DNA of 11,208 nucleotides from Candidatus Heimdallarchaeota archaeon (GTDB lineage Archaea; Asgardarchaeota; Heimdallarchaeia; Heimdallarchaeales; Kariarchaeaceae). The position numbers and the translations under genes are program-made. The notes below the pieces were generated by a model. It saw only the letters and a list, made by a program, of their open reading frames with translations, searched no databases and was not told the origin of the DNA. The stretch is from contig WAKA01000119.1 in NCBI GenBank assembly GCA_015523565.1, positions 1-11,208 on the forward strand. The letters run 5' to 3'. Below are positions 1 to 6,868 of this stretch, piece by piece (positions within the stretch are counted from its first letter, which is position 1; every line of letters starts with the position of its first letter).

Positions 1-1755
1 AGTCCATGTGCTTCCTGCGGAATTGGACATGGCAACCCAAGCACCGCCATCGACCCTATAGTCAGCAGAGGTGACACCCACGTTGTCAGTGATTGTTGCA
101 TCAACTGTAACAGTACCAGAAACAGTGCCTGTTGGGGAATTGATAGTCACGGATGGGGCGGTAGTGTCTGCTGGTGGTGATCCTGAAACAGGATATGTTA
201 CATCCAAAGTGTAAGAACTTGAGACACCACTGTAATAGTTTACACGGATTGCCCACGTCCCTGTTTGTGTTGGGGTGTAGCTCAGAGATTCAGGATTTGC
301 AGTTGTGTAAGCCCTTGTTACATAACCTGTACCATAAACATTTGCTCCAGGGGCATAAAGATACATATCCAAGTCAGCAGAGGTACCCCAAGACAATGTT
401 GCCTGGATGCTTGAAGTTGTATCGGTTACATCAAAATAGTGCACTTGATCTGGAGAGCCTGAACTAACAGTACCTGTAAAGGTATCAGTTTGCGTTGGTG
501 GTGGTGGGGGGGGTGCAGCACCAGTCAAGGCACGATAAACATTTAGAATACCTCCGCTGACGACTTTTCCACTAAAAGCAGGAACTTGATCAACATTGTC
601 CATCAATTTTTGTTTCAATTGAGCTGTTGTCAGTGAAGGGTCATTTGCCAACAAAAGGGCGGCAGCACCTGAAACATGTGGTGTGGCCATTGATGTTCCA
701 GAAATTGTATTATAATTGTTATTAGGATATGTGCTTAAAATGTTTGAACCAGGTGCCGCTATATCTACTGAAGTGGCACCATAATTAGAGAATGAAGACA
801 TACCATCTGTGCTTGTGGATGAAGCAACTGCAATTATGTTGGCAGATGAATATGATGAAGGATATTGTGGAGTGGCATCATTGTCAGCACCATTATTGCC
901 TGCGGCTGCAACAAATAATCCAGGAAATGCATCAATTGCGTCTTTAAGGGCTTGAGAATATCCACCGCCACCCCAAGAAGCAGAAATGATTTGGGCGCCC
1001 ATTTGGGTGGCATATTGAACGGCAGATACTGCATCAGTAGTGGATCCCCCATTTGGACCCAAAAATTTCAAAGACATAATTTTGACATTCCAATTTACAC
1101 CAACAACACCGATGCCGTTATTTCCAACTGCACCAATTGTTCCAGCTACATGAGTCCCATGGGTGTCTTGTGTTGGATCGCCACCATAAACTTGACCGTT
1201 ATTATTAATAAAGTTCCAACCATTTACATCGTCTACAAATCCGTTTCCGTCATCGTCAATGCCATTCCCAGGAATCTCATTTGGATTGGTCCAAATATTT
1301 GCTGCTAAATCAGGATGGTTTATGTCAATTCCTTCATCAATAACAGCAACAAGCACTGTATTTGAACCTGTAGTGATATCCCAGGCCTTATCTGCCTGAA
1401 TTCTCTGCATTCCCCACAATGAGGACCATTGAGGATCATTAGGTACTACAGTAGGATAGTAACGTTGATTTTGTTCAACATACCTAATTCCATCAAGCTT
1501 TTTCAATGCGTCCACAAAAGAAACGGGAATGGTTATTGAAACTGCGGAAATGCTATCAAATGTTTTTTCGATTATACCTCCCATGGATTTTATATTATTC
1601 AATACATCTCCAGTTTTTCCTTGGGAGTCCAACCCAACAATCAACTCAACGCGTTGATCTGGATTATACAATGAAGTCAACTGTGAAGACCCAATTGTCA
1701 ATCCAAATGCAACTGCAAGAGTGAAAGTCAATATCAGTAGTGTTTTTCTGTTCAT
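1..1755 (-). CDS. Secreted subtilisin-like serine protease (S8) with propeptide, PPC-like and Ig-like C-terminal domains; 3' end lies outside the window (>585 aa)
   Basis: Manual translation from ATG 1755 is open to position 1. It shows a signal peptide (MNRKTLLILTFTLAVAFGLTIGSS) and an I9-like prodomain ending ..YVEQNQRYYPTVVPNDP. The catalytic triad is VAVID140EG, H199GTHVAG and GTS355MATPHV, with oxyanion motif AAAGN287 and an acidic IDDDGNGFVDD loop. A P6 linker is followed by a PPC-like domain (..DLDMYLYAP..NPES..GTWAIRV) and an Ig-like repeat start (DTTAPSVTINSP..DNVGV..YRVDG). The ORF track lacks it, presumably because no stop lies in the window. Confidence 0.96.
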   Translation of the reverse strand, partial: MNRKTLLILTFTLAVAFGLTIGSSQLTSLYNPDQRVELIVGLDSQGKTGDVLNNIKSMGGIIEKTFDSISAVSITIPVSFVDALKKLDGIRYVEQNQRYYPTVVPNDPQWSSLWGMQRIQADKAWDITTGSNTVLVAVIDEGIDINHPDLAANIWTNPNEIPGNGIDDDGNGFVDDVNGWNFINNNGQVYGGDPTQDTHGTHVAGTIGAVGNNGIGVVGVNWNVKIMSLKFLGPNGGSTTDAVSAVQYATQMGAQIISASWGGGGYSQALKDAIDAFPGLFVAAAGNNGADNDATPQYPSSYSSANIIAVASSTSTDGMSSFSNYGATSVDIAAPGSNILSTYPNNNYNTISGTSMATPHVSGAAALLLANDPSLTTAQLKQKLMDNVDQVPAFSGKVVSGGILNVYRALTGAAPPPPPPTQTDTFTGTVSSGSPDQVHYFDVTDTTSSIQATLSWGTSADLDMYLYAPGANVYGTGYVTRAYTTANPESLSYTPTQTGTWAIRVNYYSGVSSSYTLDVTYPVSGSPPADTTAPSVTINSPTGTVSGTVTVDATITDNVGVTSADYRVDGGAWVAMSNSAGSTWT

Positions 1756-1759
1756 ATTT

Positions 1760-1764
1760 TCACC
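1760..1764 (-). promoter_or_regulatory. Shine-Dalgarno GGTGA of the protease gene
   Basis: The minus strand reads GGTGA-AAAT-ATG (ATG at 1755). GGTGA is complementary to the 16S 3' end (UCACC), typical of archaea. Confidence 0.7.
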
Positions 1765-1863
1765 ATCTGTTTGCATGAGTTTGAGTGAAATTTTCATGAG
1801 GTGAATTTTCACCCAATTCTTGCAGTCCGATTTATCGAACTCGGCGTACGTAACCAAGAGCAA

Positions 1864-1878
1864 AATAAAAAGGTTTCG
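1864..1878 (-). promoter_or_regulatory. Putative archaeal BRE/TATA promoter of the protease gene
   Basis: The minus strand reads CGAAA-CC-TTTTTATT, a BRE-like purine run plus TATA-like box. This predicts a start site near 1840-1845 and a leader of about 85-90 nt. Confidence 0.5.
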
Positions 1879-2016
1879 TAAATTGTATTGTCCACAAAAA
1901 ATTTGGTTTAACCAATCAAAATACATTAATTTCAAGGAATAACGTTTTTTCATTAGTTTCAAAAAATTTCATGAAATTTAGCATAAGTTCGAAAGTGCAC
2001 GCAAATTTTTTCGATA

Positions 2017-2138
2017 TTCGTAATGAGTAAATTTTGCATTTTTGGGTTTTCAATTGCTATAATAGAAAATAGTTATCATTTTGATTTTTGGAAAAACGAA
2101 ATAATGAATTCCCAAAAAGCACATTTACGCATTTCGTA
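2017..2138. mobile_element. MITE-like element (2023-2132) with imperfect terminal inverted repeats and flanking TTCGTA direct repeats
   Basis: Left arm 2023-2052 is ATGAGTAAATTTTGCATTTTTGGGTTTTCA. The reverse complement of the right arm 2105-2132 is ATGCGTAAATGTGCTTTTTGGGAATTCA (24 of 30 aligned columns identical, 2 gaps). TTCGTA abuts both ends (2017-2022, 2133-2138). No ORF is called here. Confidence 0.4.
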
Positions 2139-2217
2139 CCCAATGGGCTTTCATGTTTCTAAAATGAACAATTTAGGTATTTAATTATTTTTTTTATAAT
2201 CTAGATATCTGAATTGC

Positions 2218-2829
2218 TCACCATGGATTTTTCCATGAGTTGTGATGCGTTACTTGATCAAGGGATTTTCGACCTCGTTTCAATGAAGGGGAAGGTGGGT
2301 CAAATTCTTTTGGATAGCCAATAAGGATTGCACCTATAGGGGTATAATTTTGGGGAATATTAAAGTCAGCCCTAAACTTTTCTGGTTTTGGAACTCCTGT
2401 AAATACTGCACCCAGTTCCTCATCAACCACAGTCAATAATGCAAGCAAAGCGGCCATACCTGCATCAATGTGCCAAAAGGGAACAGGCCATCTGCTTTCA
2501 TCCTTATCAGTCCATCCTTTGTCTGGTTCTGCATATCTTTCCAAGTATGCATCCTTGTTTGACAAGACGACAAGAATTATTGGTGCATTCTCCATGTATG
2601 GCCATCTCTTGAAGTTTTTTTGCCTTTCTTCTTTTGTACCCCATTGACTGAACAATAGTTCCTTAAGATTCGGATCATCTATGATGAAGACTTCTGTTCC
2701 TTGGGAAAAACCGGCAGAGGGTCCCTTGAACATGTTTTTCAGGATACGATCCAGTTTTTCGCGAGGAATTGGATCGGGCTTGAATGACCGTATCATCTTT
2801 CTTTTGTTGACGACTTTTTGGAATTCCAT
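2218..2829 (-). CDS. Nitroreductase family flavoprotein (203 aa)
   Basis: FMN-binding N-terminus RKMIRSFKPDPI, then GPSAGFSQ, APIILVV, IDAGMAA..LLTVVDEELGA, PIGAILIGYP and a C-terminal RKSLDQVTHHNSW. Confidence 0.93.
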   Translation of the reverse strand: MEFQKVVNKRKMIRSFKPDPIPREKLDRILKNMFKGPSAGFSQGTEVFIIDDPNLKELLFSQWGTKEERQKNFKRWPYMENAPIILVVLSNKDAYLERYAEPDKGWTDKDESRWPVPFWHIDAGMAALLALLTVVDEELGAVFTGVPKPEKFRADFNIPQNYTPIGAILIGYPKEFDPPSPSLKRGRKSLDQVTHHNSWKNPW

Positions 2830-2849
2830 GTTTCATAGGTTGCGAATAA

Positions 2850-2929
2850 TTATAAAAAAGCATTGAGTCAAGTATTTTTTGTTCACCCATCCCGTATTAA
2901 TTATTGGCACATTACTTTCTTTTTATAAA
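2850..2929. promoter_or_regulatory. Divergent TATA-like boxes for the nitroreductase and the FMN reductase (leaderless spacing)
   Basis: Minus-strand TTTATAA at 2856-2850 lies 20 nt before ATG 2829. Plus-strand TTTATAAA at 2922-2929 lies 21 nt before ATG 2951. Confidence 0.55.
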
Positions 2930-2950
2930 GGAAATTGTCGAAATAAACCT

Positions 2951-3496
2951 ATGAATGAAATTGTCCTGATACAAAGTAGCCTAAATCCAAAATCGAAAAC
3001 TGCGATCGTTTTGAATGAGGTAAAGAAAAAACTGGAGGAAAAAGGGGCAAAAACTTTTCTGTTGGATTTAAGAGATTATGAAATTCCATTTTGTGATGGC
3101 AGGAAGTTTGAGGAATATCCGTCCCATCTCCAAGATATCAAAAGCATACTTGACAATGCCCATGCCTTTGTAATTGGTTTTCCAGTTTACTTATACACAT
3201 TTTCAGGGGTATTAAAGAATTTCTTGGACATATTCTCATCAGCCTTCCACCAAAAGGTATGTGCAATTGTGGCAAATGCAGGTGGAAGCAACAGCTATCT
3301 TGCAAGCAGAGATTTGATGAATGCCATGTCTTTTGAAGAGGGAACGCTATTTATACAACCTACAGTCTATACTTATTCAAAACATTTCAGTGAGGGAAAG
3401 ATTACAGATGAATATGTCTTCAAAAAAATTGACCAAATGATTGAAAGGTTGATTAAAGTGTCAAATTATAAATTACCTGTTCCTGCTGAGCATTGA
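2951..3496 (+). CDS. NAD(P)H-dependent FMN reductase (flavodoxin-like, SsuE/ArsH-type fold), 181 aa
   Basis: Motifs SSLNPKSKT (phosphate loop), LLDLRDYEIPFCD, PVYLYTFSGVLKNFLD and ANAGG. The start was moved from the track's TTG 2879 to ATG 2951, based on the family's N-terminus and the TATA spacing. Confidence 0.92.
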   Translation: MNEIVLIQSSLNPKSKTAIVLNEVKKKLEEKGAKTFLLDLRDYEIPFCDGRKFEEYPSHLQDIKSILDNAHAFVIGFPVYLYTFSGVLKNFLDIFSSAFHQKVCAIVANAGGSNSYLASRDLMNAMSFEEGTLFIQPTVYTYSKHFSEGKITDEYVFKKIDQMIERLIKVSNYKLPVPAEH

Positions 3497-4144
3497 AATC
3501 ATTCTGAGAATATATTTGAAAATCAGCAATATGTCCCAATATATGTTCCAAGCCATACGGGCAGGGCTTGTAAATTGCCCCCTCATCAATCTCCCAAGAT
3601 CAAACCAAAGATAGAAGGAAAAGAGGATTGCACCCAAAAGGGAAACAATGAAATTTCCAATTGTCCCATAGCCAATGAATATCATTCCTATTGAAAGCAA
3701 AATGAAAGCAATACCAAATGCAAACAGTTTATTGGCATGTTTCATTACATCTGGTCTTTCAATGTTTACTTTCCTGTAAATATAAGCAACGATAAGAGTT
3801 GTAATCCCAAAAGCAGAGGCGATGACAAACATTCCTTGGCTGTCGCCATAAAGAACCAATGTAAATGTAAATCCGAGTAAAACAGCTGAAGAAATGACAA
3901 ATGTATAGTATAATTTTTCAATAGTACTTTCTTTTTTAGCGAAAAAGTATCCTATAATTGCAATTATCTCGACAACAAGGGCAATGAGGGCAAAAATAAG
4001 TTGAAGTCCAATTGGCAGGAGAGTAATGATAAAACTGATAATTGTTGCATAAATGATTCCCGCACTGACCTTGTCCATTACTTCTTTAATCATCCAATTT
4101 TGGTTACCATATCGGTTTTGCATTCCATATGCATTCGGATACAT
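3473..4144 (-). CDS. Bax inhibitor-1 / YccA (TMBIM) family membrane protein, 223 aa
   Basis: About 7 hydrophobic segments, with AFGITTLI, LFSFYLWFDLGRL (YD-type motif) and NIYWDILLIFKYILRMI (LYLDxxNLF-type motif). The start was placed at ATG 4144, with TTTTTATT (4174-4167) 22 nt upstream. Its 3' end overlaps the FMN reductase by 24 nt. Confidence 0.85.
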   Translation of the reverse strand: MYPNAYGMQNRYGNQNWMIKEVMDKVSAGIIYATIISFIITLLPIGLQLIFALIALVVEIIAIIGYFFAKKESTIEKLYYTFVISSAVLLGFTFTLVLYGDSQGMFVIASAFGITTLIVAYIYRKVNIERPDVMKHANKLFAFGIAFILLSIGMIFIGYGTIGNFIVSLLGAILFSFYLWFDLGRLMRGQFTSPARMAWNIYWDILLIFKYILRMISMLSRNR

Positions 4145-4285
4145 ATGAATTATATGCCATTGGAAGAATAAAAATATTGCAATACTATCCAAAAATAGAA
4201 AATTCTCATTAAAGAAATTATTTTTTTTGGGCGTCCACTATAATTTTTCGCATAATCAATAAAAAGATTGAATCTTAATGCTTTC

Positions 4286-6760
4286 ATGCAACTTAAGAAA
4301 TTATTGGGATATGTATTGAAACCTTACATAAAATCCCTTTCAAAATCTGCATTTCCTGTTGTTGATGGGGAAATTCCAGTTTTGGGGATCACAGAAACTA
4401 CAAAAATCAGAAGAGACCAAAGGGGAATAGCATATGTTCAAGCATCCAATGAGAAGGACATGTTCTTTGCACAAGGTTTTGCACATGCTCAAGACAGGCT
4501 TTGGCAGATGGAACTGAATCGGAGAGTGGCAACAGGCAGATTAAGTGAATTTTTTGGAAATTTAAGTGTTGATACAGACAAGTTTGCTAGGAACTTAGGT
4601 TTTTCAAGGCTTGGTCTAAAAGACTATAAGGAAATGGGGGAAAATGAGAAACAAATGATTGAGAGCTATGTAAATGGAATAAATGCCTATCTTACATCTG
4701 AAATCTTCAAGATGCCTCCAGAATACAAGCTAACAAAGACAAAACCGAACCCATGGACTATTGAGGACGTGATGGCATTTACAAGATTCATGATATGGCA
4801 ATTGTCACATGCTTGGTATGGGAAAATCATTAGGATGCATTTGATCAATGAATTGGATAGATCTCTTGTGGATGAACTAGAAGTCAATGTTCCAAAAGAA
4901 AACAGTACAATCCTTCCAAAAGGAATTGAGACATATAGGTTTGTGGAAAAAGTATTGGAGCCATTTCAAGGACCATTTTTGAATAACATAGCCGCATCCA
5001 ATTCCGTTGTTGTTTCTGGGGAACTGACTGAAACAGGTACACCCTATCTGCTTAATGATGTTCACCTTCCCTTGTCTGCTCCTCAATTATGGTATGAGAT
5101 GGTTATTGAGACAGAGGAGTTTCACGCCGCAGGAGTTTCCATACCAGGTATTCCATCCATTCTGATTGGACAGAACAAGCACATTGCATGGGGCATCACA
5201 CTTGCCATGACAGATGCGGCAGATGTATATATAGAACTCATTGATTGGAATAAGGAAGAGTACCTATTCAATGGAGAAATGAGGAAGCTTGAAAAGATCA
5301 CAGAAACCATTGAAATAATTGAAGGCAAGTCAAAGAGGACTGAAAAGATGGATATATACTACACACACAGGGGTCCAATTCTGTTTCCTGAAATTTTGGA
5401 TGAGAATGAATTGCCTATCCCCAATGCGGGAGAAGTGGAAAAATTGGGATTAAGCCTTCCAGATAACAAAAACCTATCCTTTGCATTGTCTGTTAGAGAT
5501 TATGCGTTAGATAGTTGTAAAGCAATATCAGGATGGTATAAGTTGGATAAAAGCAAGGATTGGAATGATTTTGTTGAGGCAATGAGACTGATCGAGGCGC
5601 CCCAATTAAATATCTCCTATGTTGATAACCAAAATATAGGTTACTGGTGTACAGGCAAGCTTCCCAAAAGGGAAAATCCTGGAAGAGAATATTATCCTTA
5701 TCCAGGCTGGACTGATGAATTTGATTGGAAAGAAGACATCCCCTTTGAGGAAATGCCCCATGCATTGAATCCAGAAAAGAAGTTTATAGTAACCGCCAAC
5801 AATAAAGTCACTGGTGATAACTATAAACATTATCTTGGAAATTCATGGATGAATGGATATCGTGCAAAAAGAATCACAGATCTCATAAATAGTGCTACAA
5901 AGGATGGAAAGTTGGGAAGGAATGACCTTAATAAATTCATGATGGACGTATATTGCATTCCCGCCAAGGAATTTTCAGAACTAATAGGCAACATCTCAAA
6001 ATCCCTTTGGCTCACGGAAAACGAGAAAGTCATAATTGAGATATTGGAAAAGTGGGATGGCTATATGAAAAGTGACAGAATAGAACCCACCGTTTATGAG
6101 GTATTAAGATATAAAATGATATTTGAACTTTTCACCACCTCAATTCCAGAAAAACGGATTTTACAATTAATGGGATTTGGACCACACCCTGTCCTATTGC
6201 CAACCAATGAAATTTTTGGTCATGATACAGTTGTGCTTCTTAGAATCCTAAAGAATCCAAATTCACCATGGTGGCAAAGATATGCGGAAGCAAAAGGGAC
6301 AACAAAAGAAAAGGCACAGGGAATTCTACTGAAAAATTCACTAAAGACCACAATTAATTGGTTACGAAAACATTTGGGAATAAAACCCGAGGACTGGAGA
6401 TATGGTCGAATACATAAAGCTGTCTTTCCCCATTCACTTTCATTGGAACCGATGCTCGAACCAGTTCTTAATCCCAAGTCCCGACCGATTAGTGGAAATA
6501 CTGACACCCCTTACCAGACTGCATTTTTGCCAAATCAACCATTTGATAACAATGCATGGAGTATAAGCTTCAGATTAAACGTTGATGGCGCATCTCTCAG
6601 TGATTCCATGTTTGCAACCTCTTTGGGTCAGTCTGGCATTCCATTCAATCCACACTATTCAGATTTGACAGATGAATGGATTGCCGGAAAATACCATAAA
6701 TATGAATGGATTACTGATAAAGAACATGAAATCTTGGAATTAACTCAAAAGGAAAAGTGA
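4286..6760 (+). CDS. Penicillin acylase family Ntn-hydrolase (peptidase S45), 824 aa
   Basis: RRDQRGIAYV, FAQGFAHAQDRLWQMELNRR, and the beta-subunit nucleophile Ser in AA|SNSVVVSG (codon 4997-4999). Also LLNDVHL, GQNKHIAWGIT, THRGP, APQLNISYVD, TANN and GQSGIPFNPHYSD. ATG 4286 is preferred over TTG 4268. Confidence 0.95.
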   Translation: MQLKKLLGYVLKPYIKSLSKSAFPVVDGEIPVLGITETTKIRRDQRGIAYVQASNEKDMFFAQGFAHAQDRLWQMELNRRVATGRLSEFFGNLSVDTDKFARNLGFSRLGLKDYKEMGENEKQMIESYVNGINAYLTSEIFKMPPEYKLTKTKPNPWTIEDVMAFTRFMIWQLSHAWYGKIIRMHLINELDRSLVDELEVNVPKENSTILPKGIETYRFVEKVLEPFQGPFLNNIAASNSVVVSGELTETGTPYLLNDVHLPLSAPQLWYEMVIETEEFHAAGVSIPGIPSILIGQNKHIAWGITLAMTDAADVYIELIDWNKEEYLFNGEMRKLEKITETIEIIEGKSKRTEKMDIYYTHRGPILFPEILDENELPIPNAGEVEKLGLSLPDNKNLSFALSVRDYALDSCKAISGWYKLDKSKDWNDFVEAMRLIEAPQLNISYVDNQNIGYWCTGKLPKRENPGREYYPYPGWTDEFDWKEDIPFEEMPHALNPEKKFIVTANNKVTGDNYKHYLGNSWMNGYRAKRITDLINSATKDGKLGRNDLNKFMMDVYCIPAKEFSELIGNISKSLWLTENEKVIIEILEKWDGYMKSDRIEPTVYEVLRYKMIFELFTTSIPEKRILQLMGFGPHPVLLPTNEIFGHDTVVLLRILKNPNSPWWQRYAEAKGTTKEKAQGILLKNSLKTTINWLRKHLGIKPEDWRYGRIHKAVFPHSLSLEPMLEPVLNPKSRPISGNTDTPYQTAFLPNQPFDNNAWSISFRLNVDGASLSDSMFATSLGQSGIPFNPHYSDLTDEWIAGKYHKYEWITDKEHEILELTQKEK

Positions 6761-6837
6761 AAAGCGAATCTGAAATTCTTAACCATTGACAAACAATGAA
6801 CAATGAATTGGGCTTTCTTTATACATAACACCTTAAA

Positions 6838-6845
6838 TTTATATT
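6838..6845 (+). promoter_or_regulatory. TATA-like box of the esterase gene
   Basis: TTTATATT ends 23 nt before ATG 6869. No SD is present. Confidence 0.5.
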
Positions 6846-6868
6846 AAATCAATTGTCAGATAACAAGA

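Noticed and set aside
174-1724. Track ORFs 174-467, 834-1052, 952-1308 and 1506-1724
   Set aside because: They are antisense or off-frame shadows of the S8 protease, which occupies the whole interval with clear motifs.
1798-1942. Plus-strand GAGGTGA followed by a roughly 40-codon TTG-started ORF from 1820
   Set aside because: The SD-to-start spacing is about 15 nt, the start codon is weak and the peptide is unremarkable. The motif is better explained as the anti-SD of the minus-strand leader.
2675-2890. Short ORFs 2675-2890 and 2681-2866
   Set aside because: They overlap the nitroreductase in other frames or strands and have no protein-like features.
6792-6807. Tandem AACAATG x2 between the acylase and the esterase
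   Set aside because: Only two short units, expected by chance in AT-rich DNA. It is not a CRISPR or iteron array.
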